Part shown: positions 38,783-48,645 of the stretch, in pieces
Layout of the letters: every line of letters starts with the position of its first letter
Position numbering within the stretch: position 1 is the first letter of the stretch
Assembly: GCA_902575835.1 (NCBI GenBank)
Contig: CACGSX010000001.1
Span: 146,065 to 210,064, forward strand
Source of the DNA: an uncultured Pelagibacteraceae bacterium
GTDB lineage: Bacteria; Pseudomonadota; Alphaproteobacteria; Pelagibacterales; Pelagibacteraceae
DNA: 64,000 bases
Direction: 5' to 3'
Translations under genes and position numbers: made by a program
Notes under the pieces: model-generated
Database searches by the model: none
The model's input: the letters and a program-made list of their open reading frames with translations, nothing else
What the model was told of the DNA's origin: nothing

Positions 38783-39766
38783 TTAAGAAAATTTAGTTAT
38801 TAATGATTTTAAATGTTTATCTGTGACGCCACAACACCCCCCAATAATTTTTACCTGATCGTCTATTAACTCAGAACACTTATCAACAAATTCAATTTCA
38901 TTTTCAGTTATTAATGCCTGCATAGTACTAGTGTCAAATTTATGAATCTCTGGATAGAACATAATTGGCCCATTCCAATTTGATTTTAAAACTTTCATTC
39001 CCTCTTTTGTATCAATAAACCAACTATGCATTATGCCATAAACATCTCCACCGATAGATTTGAGTGAATTAATTATTTCAGCAAAATTAATAATTTTATC
39101 TTCAGGAAGGAATTTTGGCTCATCAGGATATTTTAAAGGGTCATATATAATAGATCTCTCTTTTTCTGCTCTAAAATTTCTACCTACTACGGTTTCATCA
39201 AATTTACTTATGCAGCAACTTAATCCAACCCAGACAGGCAAACCTGTTTCTAAAGCGGAATTTAACAAAATTTTAGCGTGATCAATATCTAAAAGCATTT
39301 CAAGAATAAGCACTTCGACTCCCTCTTCTTTTAATACCTTCGCTTGTTCTTTATAATTTTTTTCTTCTTTTGCAAATGATGGTACAAATTTTGTGTCAGG
39401 TCTAAATTCATTTTCAGCCAAAGCTAAATATGTTGACATACTTCCAGCAATTTTAATTTTTTTTCCAGAATTTTTGACTGCTTGTCTTGCTAACTTAACT
39501 GTATCAATGTTAATTTTTATAGTCTGATCTCCTAAATTTGAAGGCTCAAGACAATGTCTTGCAGTTCCAAAAGTATTGGTTGTTATCATATCACATCCAG
39601 CCTTTATATGACTTTCGTGTACTTTGATTACTATTTCTGGTGAGTAAACATTTGCTAAACCAGAAAAAGCTGGTCCCATAGTTCCACCAAGTCTCTGAAT
39701 TTCTGAGCCTGTTCCACCATCTAAGAAGACTTTTTTTTTTGATTTCAATAATTCATTAATATTCAT
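38783..39766 (-). CDS. Homocysteine S-methyltransferase family protein (second copy)
   Basis: FLDGGTG, HIKAGCDMITTNTF, AGSMS, IGGCCG. Confidence 0.85.
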   Translation of the reverse strand: MNINELLKSKKKVFLDGGTGSEIQRLGGTMGPAFSGLANVYSPEIVIKVHESHIKAGCDMITTNTFGTARHCLEPSNLGDQTIKINIDTVKLARQAVKNSGKKIKIAGSMSTYLALAENEFRPDTKFVPSFAKEEKNYKEQAKVLKEEGVEVLILEMLLDIDHAKILLNSALETGLPVWVGLSCCISKFDETVVGRNFRAEKERSIIYDPLKYPDEPKFLPEDKIINFAEIINSLKSIGGDVYGIMHSWFIDTKEGMKVLKSNWNGPIMFYPEIHKFDTSTMQALITENEIEFVDKCSELIDDQVKIIGGCCGVTDKHLKSLITKFS

Positions 39767-40668
39767 TATGCTAATTTCTTCTCTGACTTTGGAACATATA
39801 CAACTTCAATTACACCACCAAGAATTATTAGAATACTACCTATTGTTTCTCTCCAACCAAAAGGTTCATTTGTTAAAATACTAGCACTAACAACACCAAC
39901 AATTATTTCAGCTAAAAATAAAATAGATGATAAGCCGGCTCCTAGTTTGCTTGGAGCCCAAAAGATTATTACTCCTGTAGGAATAAAATAAAATATCGAA
40001 ATAAGTAATAAAAAAGTGGACATTGACATGATAACCTCCACTGATGGAACTGGTCCTAAATAATCTACTAAGAATAACCCAATAGGTATACTGGCTAAAC
40101 CTCCATAAAAAAAGAATGTGAATATAATTGGAAATACTCCATCTGTTTTAATTATTTCCATTCTAATTAAACCAGCACCAAATAGTGCACCTCCAGCAAG
40201 AGCCAACCAATCCCCTGCATTTTGAGGTAATGGAATTATATTTTCTTGACTGAATACAATCCATAAACCTCCTAGTGCCAAACCTAATGTGATTACCCTC
40301 TTCCAACCAAATTTCTTTTTTAAAAATATAATTTCAAATATTGTTGTCCAAACAGGTATCATGTAAAACATGATTAATGCTTTAACTACATCAGTAAGAA
40401 GAAAGCTAAGAGCATAACAAACAAATCCACTTCCAACAAAAAAACCAGTGAGAGGAAATTCCAATCCAATAGACTTTCCTTTTATAACTCTCCAAATTGC
40501 GACTGGTGATAATATTAATATTCCAACCGCCATTTGGGATATTGTTCCCCAGCCACCAGTCAAACCTCCATCTTCTAATATTCTTTGAGGTAACCAATAA
40601 ATTCCCCATGAACCAGCAGCAATAGCTAATGCAAATGAAATTTTAAAATGATGAGGGTGTCTGGTCAT
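39766..40668 (-). CDS. DMT/EamA family transporter
   Basis: About 10 TM helices, two EamA repeats, PVW and terminal G..LI motifs. Confidence 0.82.
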   Translation of the reverse strand: MTRHPHHFKISFALAIAAGSWGIYWLPQRILEDGGLTGGWGTISQMAVGILILSPVAIWRVIKGKSIGLEFPLTGFFVGSGFVCYALSFLLTDVVKALIMFYMIPVWTTIFEIIFLKKKFGWKRVITLGLALGGLWIVFSQENIIPLPQNAGDWLALAGGALFGAGLIRMEIIKTDGVFPIIFTFFFYGGLASIPIGLFLVDYLGPVPSVEVIMSMSTFLLLISIFYFIPTGVIIFWAPSKLGAGLSSILFLAEIIVGVVSASILTNEPFGWRETIGSILIILGGVIEVVYVPKSEKKLA

Positions 40669-40670
40669 TA

Positions 40671-42083
40671 TTATTCCGATAATTCTGGTTTAAATTTTGA
40701 AAAGTTAAAAATTTCTTCATAAGATTTGGCAAAGTTAATTAGTTTATTATCTTCTTTAACATTTGCTATAATCTGCATTCCCATTGGTAGCCCTTTATTA
40801 TTAAAACCAACTGGAATAGATATAGTTGGCAAACCAAGCAAACTTGATAATGTATAGACTTCCATATATCTATGATAAGTGTCAATTTTATTGTTATTGA
40901 TAAATTCTGGATTGTTTAGGTTCTTTTCAAAAGGAAATAGTTGAGCCGATGGTAATGCTAAAAAATCGTAATGTTTAAATAGGTTTTGTATTTTATCCAT
41001 ATATTTATTTCTTATTTCTATTGCTTTTAAAACATCGTTTGTTTTGATGCTTTTCCCTTTTTCATATTCCCAATATGCTTGGGAAGGTAATTCATTTAAA
41101 TTTTTTAAATTATATAACAAAAAGTTTTCATACAAAAATTTGGCTCTTAATATTATCCAAGAATACCACAATTCTTCTGAATTAATTTCAGTTTTTAAAT
41201 CTTCAATATTTAAATTATTTGACTGTAATTTTTTTAAAATATTTTCACATAAGTCGATGATTCCATCTTCATACTTATATTGTTCGTTTAGATCAATGCA
41301 CCATCCAATTTTTAAATCTGAAAGTTTTTTAATATTTATAACTTCAAGATCGAAAGATAATTTATCCTTTACATTCTTCCCTTTTATATAGTTAAATAAA
41401 AATTCCATGTCATTAGGAGTCCTAGCAAAACATCCAGTTGTAGATATTAAAGGAAAATCTTTTAAATTTTTAATTTCAAATCTATCTTCTGCAATCGCAC
41501 CAGGTGTTGGTCTTAATCCATAAATATTTGCAAATGCTGCTGGGTTTCTACAAGATCCCATCATATCTGTGCCATCTGCAAAAGGAATTAAATTTGCCGC
41601 AACAGCTGCTGCTGCACCACCAGAAGACCCTCCCGCTGACTTACTATGGTCATAAACATTTGAAGTTGCTCCATAAACTCTGTTAGTAGTATGACAACCA
41701 ACAGCAAATTCAGAGAGATTTGTTTTACCAATTAAAATTGTGTTTTTTCTATAATTATCTACTAATAAAGAGTCCTGTTTTGGGATATTTTTTAATAACT
41801 CTTTATATCCATAACAAGTTACCTCATTTTTAATATCAAATAATTCTTTAACAGCAATTGGAAGTCCATAAATATCATCTTTGTCATTATCACTATTAAA
41901 ATTTTCATCTTTTAATTTTGCTTCTTCAGTAATTTTTGTTTCATCTATATGTGAAATAATAGCATTTAATTTTGGGTTGAATTTTTTTATTCTATCTAAA
42001 TAGAAATTTATTACCTCTGCAATTTTAATTTCCCTATCTTTAATTTTTGAAATTATTTGATGGACAGAAAAATTCTCAAGCAC
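40671..42083 (-). CDS. Amidase (amidase-signature family)
   Basis: AVKE, GKTNLSEF, GGSSGG, GTDMMGSCRNPA; GTG start. Confidence 0.88.
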   Translation of the reverse strand: MLENFSVHQIISKIKDREIKIAEVINFYLDRIKKFNPKLNAIISHIDETKITEEAKLKDENFNSDNDKDDIYGLPIAVKELFDIKNEVTCYGYKELLKNIPKQDSLLVDNYRKNTILIGKTNLSEFAVGCHTTNRVYGATSNVYDHSKSAGGSSGGAAAAVAANLIPFADGTDMMGSCRNPAAFANIYGLRPTPGAIAEDRFEIKNLKDFPLISTTGCFARTPNDMEFLFNYIKGKNVKDKLSFDLEVINIKKLSDLKIGWCIDLNEQYKYEDGIIDLCENILKKLQSNNLNIEDLKTEINSEELWYSWIILRAKFLYENFLLYNLKNLNELPSQAYWEYEKGKSIKTNDVLKAIEIRNKYMDKIQNLFKHYDFLALPSAQLFPFEKNLNNPEFINNNKIDTYHRYMEVYTLSSLLGLPTISIPVGFNNKGLPMGMQIIANVKEDNKLINFAKSYEEIFNFSKFKPELSE

Positions 42084-42093
42084 TTAATTAAAC

Positions 42094-43284
42094 CTATCTT
42101 GCTTGTCTAATACTCTCTAAAACTAAAGTCTTGACCTCGTCTAATGATGCCTTTTTAGGATTTTGTCCATAAGCTTGATCTAGCATTGATTTCTTTGCTA
42201 TTCTCTCCTGGCAATCTTCTGGTACTCCCAATTCATTTAATCCTTTAGGGATTTTTAATTTATCTAGAATTATATTTAAGTTGTCTTGAAAACTTTCAAT
42301 TGAATGATTTTCAAACTGCATAGCCTCTGACATTCTTTTAACTTTTTCTTCTAATCCAGGCAAATTATATTTCATGACTGCGGGAAGTATAATTGCATTA
42401 GTCAATCCATGATGAGTATTATATTCAGCTCCAACCATATGTGAAATTGCATGAACTAAACCTAGGCCTTTTAAGAAAGCTATTCCGCCCAAATAAGATC
42501 CAATAATCATTCCTCCTCTAGCTAAAAGATTATCGGGTTCTTCCACAGCTGAATAAAGTGATTTTGAAATTAAATTTAAACTTTCTAATGCAGAACCATC
42601 ACAAAGTGGATGAAACATAGGAACACTATAACCTTCAATTGCATGTATCATTGCATCTATACCGGTCCAAGCAGTAAGATTTGCTGGTAATTTTAAAGTT
42701 AGCTCTGGATCTACTAAAGCTAAACATGGTCGGGCATCTGGATGCCATAAACAAAACTTCATTCCTTTTTCAAGATGAGTAACCATAGCTGTAACTTCTG
42801 TTTCAGCACCAGTTCCTGCTGTAGTTGGAATAGTAATTATTTTTGGAAAAGGATTTTCCATAGTTAATTTTGGTGGCTCTTTTTCAAATTCAAAATCCCA
42901 TAACGGTACTCCGCTATTAACTGTAAGAGAAATTGCTTTGCCTCCATCCATTGCACTTCCACCTCCTATTGCAATTATTGCATCATGATTGCCTTCACGA
43001 AATTTTTTACATCCAGAATCTATTTCATCATCTCTAGGATTTGGCGATATATTTGAATAAATATCTGATTTGATTTTTGAATCATTAAGCAAATTTTGTA
43101 AGTCACTTATAAATGATAAATTTACACTACCACTATCAGTAACGATTAATGCGTTATTTATTTTAAAATTTTTACAAAAATTTCCAATTTCTTTAAATCT
43201 TCCAGGACCATAAGCTGTAAAAGTTGGAAATGTCCAATCCTGATTATTTAATAAAAATTCTTCATTGAGCTTAAAATTTTGCAT
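42094..43284 (-). CDS. Iron-containing alcohol dehydrogenase
   Basis: GGGSAMD, PTTAGTGAE, DAMIHAIE, GLVHAISH, HHG. Confidence 0.9.
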   Translation of the reverse strand: MQNFKLNEEFLLNNQDWTFPTFTAYGPGRFKEIGNFCKNFKINNALIVTDSGSVNLSFISDLQNLLNDSKIKSDIYSNISPNPRDDEIDSGCKKFREGNHDAIIAIGGGSAMDGGKAISLTVNSGVPLWDFEFEKEPPKLTMENPFPKIITIPTTAGTGAETEVTAMVTHLEKGMKFCLWHPDARPCLALVDPELTLKLPANLTAWTGIDAMIHAIEGYSVPMFHPLCDGSALESLNLISKSLYSAVEEPDNLLARGGMIIGSYLGGIAFLKGLGLVHAISHMVGAEYNTHHGLTNAIILPAVMKYNLPGLEEKVKRMSEAMQFENHSIESFQDNLNIILDKLKIPKGLNELGVPEDCQERIAKKSMLDQAYGQNPKKASLDEVKTLVLESIRQAR

Positions 43285-43322
43285 AATATTTTAAAAACTT
43301 ATACTAATTTCAATATTATTAA

Positions 43323-44255
43323 ATGAAAATTTCATCCGAAAAAACAGATCTAAAAAAAACATATTTAGCAATTGCTACAATGCTCTTAGCAATTTTGTGT
43401 ATAGATCTTTACATGGTTATTATTAAATTTTTAGGTGATGAATACTCAATAATTCAATTAACTTTATTTAGAAATGTAGCAGCAATTATACCTTTGCTAT
43501 TATTGATCTTATTCACAAATGAATTTTCAACAATATTCAAAAACTTAGGAAATAATTTTTTGATATTGAGTTGCTTGAGAGGAATATGTTTTCTTTCTAT
43601 GAATGTATTCATTTTTATTTCGGTAGTAAATCTGGAGTTTGCAACTGCAATGACGCTAACCTTTTCGTCACCTTTCTTCATAGTAATACTATCAATAATT
43701 TTATTGAGTGAAAAAATTGGTATTTATAGATGGTCAGCAGTTATAATCGGTTTTGTTGGTGTAGTTATGATAATGAAACCAACAAGTGAAATTTTTAGTT
43801 TATACTCAATCTTTCCAATTTTAACCGCTATAGCATGGGCTTTCACAGTCATAATTTTAAAATTCATTCAAGGCAATCATTCAACTGCTAAAATTCAATT
43901 ATACACGTTAATATTTAATGTCATTGGTGGTTTAATATTATTTTTTGTTACTACAGGACATGTTGAAATTAAGAATTTTAAAGATTTTATTTTGATGACA
44001 ATGACTGGGGTTTTGGGTGGTACAGCAGCAATATTATTTATTTACTCTTACCGTTTAATTTCAGCAAGTAAAATTGCTTCATTTGAGTATCTTGGTATAC
44101 CATCATCTTTTATTCTTGGTTGGATTTTCTTTAATGAAGCTCCATGGGGACAACTATTTCCTGGAGTGATAGTAATTATTTTTGCTGGTATGATTATTAT
44201 ATGGAGAGATAATATTAAAAAGAAATCAATAGAGGGTAATAAGCAAATTTATTGA
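43323..44255 (+). CDS. DMT/EamA family transporter
   Basis: Multi-TM; LSEKIGIYRWSAV..GFVGV; FEY motif. Confidence 0.85.
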   Translation: MKISSEKTDLKKTYLAIATMLLAILCIDLYMVIIKFLGDEYSIIQLTLFRNVAAIIPLLLLILFTNEFSTIFKNLGNNFLILSCLRGICFLSMNVFIFISVVNLEFATAMTLTFSSPFFIVILSIILLSEKIGIYRWSAVIIGFVGVVMIMKPTSEIFSLYSIFPILTAIAWAFTVIILKFIQGNHSTAKIQLYTLIFNVIGGLILFFVTTGHVEIKNFKDFILMTMTGVLGGTAAILFIYSYRLISASKIASFEYLGIPSSFILGWIFFNEAPWGQLFPGVIVIIFAGMIIIWRDNIKKKSIEGNKQIY

Positions 44256-45295
44256 TTTGATCTCATAGATTTCATGACTATTACTCTATCTATTTCACCT
44301 AATAGCTTTCCACTTTCGTTACAAACTACTGGATAAGTTTTATCATTATCAATTAGCCTATCTATTAAATTTTCAATTTTAGAATTATCTAAAATATTAT
44401 CTTTTCCATTCTCAAATAAATTTTTTGTTTCATTGCAGCATTCTGTTCTCATGACTTTGCCTGCACTTAATACTTTATATTTAGGAACATCTTCGCAAAA
44501 ATCTTTAACATATTGATCTTTTGGATTAGATACAATTTCTTCAGGTGTGCCAACTTGAGAAACTTCTCCATCTTTCATAATTGCTATGTGATCTCCCATT
44601 TTAATTGCCTCTAAAAAATCGTGAGTTATAAATACCATAGTTTTTTGGAGCTTCTCTTGGATCTTTAAAAGCTCATCTTGCATTTCTCTTCTAATCAAAG
44701 GATCCAAAGCTGAAAAAGGTTCATCAAAAATTAATATTTCAGGATCCACAGCTAACGCTCTTGCAAGTCCTACCCTTTGCTGCATACCTCCAGATAATTC
44801 TCTTGGATAATTATTATGCCAACCATCTAGGCCAACCATTTTTAAAACTTCCATTGACTTTTCTGTTCTTATATCTTTTTTTGTTCCTCTTACTTCTAAT
44901 CCATAACCAATATTTTCTAGGACTGTTCTATGAGGAAATAAACCAAAATGTTGGAAAACCATGCTCATTTTATTTCTTCTTAATTCTAATAATTCACTTG
45001 CACTCATTTTTGTAACTTCAACATCATCCATTTTCACTATGCCAGCTGTTGGTTCAATCAATCTCGAAATACATCTCACAAGTGTTGATTTTCCACTACC
45101 AGATAATCCCATTACTACAAATGTTTCACCTTTTTGAATTGAGAAACTGACATCTTTAACAGCAACAACATGTCCAGTCTTTTCTTGAACTTCCTTAATA
45201 CTTAAATTTTTATCAAGGTTTTTAATAATTCTTTTTTCGTCGGGTCCAAATAACTTCCATATATTTGTACAAGTGATTTTTTGTTCTAAGGCCAT
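44249..45295 (-). CDS. proV: Glycine betaine/proline-type ABC ATPase (ProV/OpuAA), copy 1
   Basis: MGLSGSGKST, LSGGMQQRVGLAR, DEPFSALDPLIR, FITHD. Confidence 0.88.
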   Translation of the reverse strand: MALEQKITCTNIWKLFGPDEKRIIKNLDKNLSIKEVQEKTGHVVAVKDVSFSIQKGETFVVMGLSGSGKSTLVRCISRLIEPTAGIVKMDDVEVTKMSASELLELRRNKMSMVFQHFGLFPHRTVLENIGYGLEVRGTKKDIRTEKSMEVLKMVGLDGWHNNYPRELSGGMQQRVGLARALAVDPEILIFDEPFSALDPLIRREMQDELLKIQEKLQKTMVFITHDFLEAIKMGDHIAIMKDGEVSQVGTPEEIVSNPKDQYVKDFCEDVPKYKVLSAGKVMRTECCNETKNLFENGKDNILDNSKIENLIDRLIDNDKTYPVVCNESGKLLGEIDRVIVMKSMRSNQ

Positions 45296-45372
45296 TTTTA
45301 ATAAATAATATTACCCCAAAAATAGACAATATTTTACTTTAAATGTAAAATTATTTATTTTAACTTGCTAAC

Positions 45373-47487
45373 ATGGCTACTAGAACTGATTTAATAGATA
45401 AATCAAATCAATCAAAAAACATAATAACTTATGTAATTATTGGAGTTGTTTTTTTGGTAGCTCTGTGGCTATCGACTCAAAGTGAAGGGCCTTCAAAATT
45501 TCCTAAAGAAGTCACTGATAAATTTACATTTACAGCTTGGGTGAATGATGGAGAAGATTATTTAAAAAAAAATTACAGATGGGTAACTAAACTTATAGCA
45601 AGCTATATAAAAGAAACTTATTATTTTTTAGAAGACTTTTTACTAGAGTCTCCTTGGATTTTGATAGCTGCAATAATTGTTATACCCTGCATAATTGCAG
45701 GTGGTTTGCGATTAGGAATTTATTCTTCCTTTGTAGTTTATTTTTGGGGAGCAACAGGAATGTGGGAACCATCCTTGCAAACAGTGGCATTAATGGGTTT
45801 ATCAGTTTTATTATGTGTGTTTTTTGGATTTATACTGGGTGTCTTGTGTTCACAAAGTAATAGATTTGAAAATTTTATGAAGCCAGTCTTAGATACTATG
45901 CAGGTAATGCCAGCATTTGTGTATTTGTTCCCAGCATTATTTTTTTTTGGGATAGGGGGTGCACCAGCAATATTAGCTACAATGATATATGCAATGCCTC
46001 CAATAATAAGATTGACAAACACTGGTATAAGACAAGTGCCAGCTCAAACTATTGAGTCTGCAACTTCCTTTGGTTCAAGTAAACTTCAATTGTTATTTAA
46101 AATTAAAATTCCATTATCTTTACCAAGTATAATGATGGGTATTAACCAGGTAATAATGATGGCATTAGCGTTAGTGGTTCTTGCATGTTTTATAGGTGCT
46201 GAAGGTATTGGTGGTCAAGTTTGGCAAGCAATAAGAAGATTGGATGTTGGTTGGGCAATGGAAGGTGGGTTATGCATTTTATTTATGGCGATAATGTTTG
46301 ATAGATTTAGTCTAGCGTTTAGTAAAAATAAAGAAAGGCTTCCTTCAGATGTACAAAGATTTTATTTGCTTCCTCAAAGTTGGGAAAAATACCAAATCGC
46401 AAAAATTTTAGAAATACCACTAAGTTTTGGAAATAAGATTTTAAAAAGTATATGTCAAACAGTTACATCTGCTATAGCAGTAGTATTTAGAATCTTAATT
46501 TCGGTTTTTAATAAATCTACAGCAGAAAACATTGGTGAATTTATTAGTAAAAGATTTTATGTTATTCCTTATTTTCTAGTTTTATTTCTAATTGCATTTA
46601 TAGATCATTACTTTTTAGAAATTGGAACATTTCCAAAAGAATGGAAATTATCGATAAGACAACCAATTACTAATGCAGTGGAAAGCCTGACTGTAAATCC
46701 AGGATTTATTTCTTTTGCAAAAGGTTTAAGAGCTTTTGTTTATTTAAATTTGTTAAGACCTTTAGATGTTTTTCTAACCCAAATACCTTGGTGGTATACA
46801 TTGGCAGTATTTGCAGCTTTGGGTTATATAACTGTTGGAATAAGATTTGCAATAATTACTGCAGTCCTTCTTCTATTTATTGGTGCATGTGGAATATGGA
46901 CTCAATCAATGATAACTTTATCGTCAGTACTTGTGTCAGTTGTGCTATGTTTTGTTATAGGAGTTCCTCTTGGAATAATTGCATCTTACAATGAAAGATT
47001 TAGAAATATTCAAAACGTTGTGTTAGATGCAATGCAAACACTTCCTTATTTCTGTTATTTAATTCCTGTTCTAATGTTTTTTGGAGGTGGAACAGTTTCA
47101 GCTGTTCTTGCAACTGTAATATATTCAATACCACCAATAATTAGATTAACATCACTAGGTTTAACACAGGTTTCTGGTACTTACTCTGAAGTATCAAGAT
47201 CATTTGGTGGAACACTTATTCAAACATTAAATAAAGTCAAATTCCCATTAGCTGTTCCAAGTTTAGTTATTGGATTTAATCAGACTGTAATTATGGCTTT
47301 TGCTATGCAAATAGTTACACCGCTTATTGGTGGTAAGGGCTTGGGTTTAGAGGTATTTAATGGTCTAGCAAGGTCCGATACTGGTAGAGGTCTAGCGGCA
47401 GGGATTGGAATTGTACTGTTAGCTATAATCATCGATAGAATTACACTTGCATATACAAAGAAACAAAGAGAAGCCTTGGGTTTATAA
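45373..47487 (+). CDS. proW: Fused double ProW/OpuAB-type permease
   Basis: Two permease modules (LDTMQVMPAFVYL / LDAMQTLPYFCYL; PPIIRLT twice). Confidence 0.88.
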   Translation: MATRTDLIDKSNQSKNIITYVIIGVVFLVALWLSTQSEGPSKFPKEVTDKFTFTAWVNDGEDYLKKNYRWVTKLIASYIKETYYFLEDFLLESPWILIAAIIVIPCIIAGGLRLGIYSSFVVYFWGATGMWEPSLQTVALMGLSVLLCVFFGFILGVLCSQSNRFENFMKPVLDTMQVMPAFVYLFPALFFFGIGGAPAILATMIYAMPPIIRLTNTGIRQVPAQTIESATSFGSSKLQLLFKIKIPLSLPSIMMGINQVIMMALALVVLACFIGAEGIGGQVWQAIRRLDVGWAMEGGLCILFMAIMFDRFSLAFSKNKERLPSDVQRFYLLPQSWEKYQIAKILEIPLSFGNKILKSICQTVTSAIAVVFRILISVFNKSTAENIGEFISKRFYVIPYFLVLFLIAFIDHYFLEIGTFPKEWKLSIRQPITNAVESLTVNPGFISFAKGLRAFVYLNLLRPLDVFLTQIPWWYTLAVFAALGYITVGIRFAIITAVLLLFIGACGIWTQSMITLSSVLVSVVLCFVIGVPLGIIASYNERFRNIQNVVLDAMQTLPYFCYLIPVLMFFGGGTVSAVLATVIYSIPPIIRLTSLGLTQVSGTYSEVSRSFGGTLIQTLNKVKFPLAVPSLVIGFNQTVIMAFAMQIVTPLIGGKGLGLEVFNGLARSDTGRGLAAGIGIVLLAIIIDRITLAYTKKQREALGL

Positions 47488-47578
47488 ACCAATAAAATAG
47501 TGGTGATTTGCAAGGTTTACAGACAGTTATAATTTGTTCTAAAATAGGACTTTAATTAATTAAAAAGAGAGGAAGTAA

Positions 47579-48589
47579 ATGAAGTTATCAAAGAAAATAT
47601 CAACACTTATTCTTTCTGTAGTGTTGCTAATTGGATCTTTTGGTCATGCCAATGCTGCCAAAAGACTTCATGCGGCTATAGCAGATTGGACTGGTGGGAT
47701 AATTACATGTGAAGTTGCAGTTGCAATCCTTGAAAGAGAAATGGGATACAAAATTAAACAAACAGTATTCCCATCTGGAACTGGATTATGGGAAGCTATT
47801 GCTGCTGGAGAACTAGATTTTGCATGTGAAAGTTGGCCAAGTTATGCTGAAGCTGATTCTGTAATGTTAAAAGAAGACCTAATATACGAAGGTAAAGTCG
47901 TTGGAACATACAACGGTGATGGAAGTGTAGATCTTTTAGGGACATCTGGAATAATTGGTTTATCTGATTATTGGATACCTAGATATGCAGCAGAGGAACT
48001 TGGCATAAAAACTTGGAAAGATTTAAACAAACATAAAGCAAAATTTGCAACTATTGAAAGTGGTAAGAGAGGTAGACTAATTGGATGTCCGGTTGCAGGT
48101 TGGAACTGTCATGACCAAAAAAGACTTGATCTCTTAGGAATAGACTTCCAAGCTGACGAACTTGGAACAGAAGCTGCTGCTATCGCAGAAGCAAAAGCTG
48201 CTTACATGCGTAAAGAGCCATTCCTACTTTATCTATGGTCTCCGCATTGGTTCTTTGGAGAGTTTGATATGGTTGGAGTGCAACTACCTGAACATAAAGT
48301 TTGTGATCCAGATACGTTCACAGAAGCAGGAAACTGGAAAGATTGTGGAACAAAAGGATGGCCAGCAACTGGTTGGGCTAAAGATTACACGATGAACTAC
48401 GGAAACCCAGCTACTTTTGCTAGTGCAGAACATGCTGATGCTAAGAAGTTCTTTGAAAAAATGTCTTTACAAAATATTGACCAAGCTAAAATGTTAGTTG
48501 AAGTTGATATTAAGAAAAGAGATGTAAAAGAAGTTGTTAATGAGTGGTTAGACAATAATCCAGATAAATGGAAAAGTTGGCTTCCATAA
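47579..48589 (+). CDS. proX: OpuAC/ProX-family quaternary-amine substrate-binding protein
   Basis: Signal peptide, DW..G, ESW, GCPVAGWN, YLWSPHW aromatic-cage-type motifs; SD AGAGGAAG. Confidence 0.82.
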   Translation: MKLSKKISTLILSVVLLIGSFGHANAAKRLHAAIADWTGGIITCEVAVAILEREMGYKIKQTVFPSGTGLWEAIAAGELDFACESWPSYAEADSVMLKEDLIYEGKVVGTYNGDGSVDLLGTSGIIGLSDYWIPRYAAEELGIKTWKDLNKHKAKFATIESGKRGRLIGCPVAGWNCHDQKRLDLLGIDFQADELGTEAAAIAEAKAAYMRKEPFLLYLWSPHWFFGEFDMVGVQLPEHKVCDPDTFTEAGNWKDCGTKGWPATGWAKDYTMNYGNPATFASAEHADAKKFFEKMSLQNIDQAKMLVEVDIKKRDVKEVVNEWLDNNPDKWKSWLP

Positions 48590-48610
48590 TAACTTTTAAA
48601 TAACTTAAAT

Positions 48611-48645
48611 AAAAAGGGCTTTGATTTTCAAAGCCCTTTTTTTTT
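48611..48645. terminator. Bidirectional intrinsic terminator
   Basis: aaaaagggctttga-ttt-tcaaagcccttttt(tttt) between convergent genes. Confidence 0.88.
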
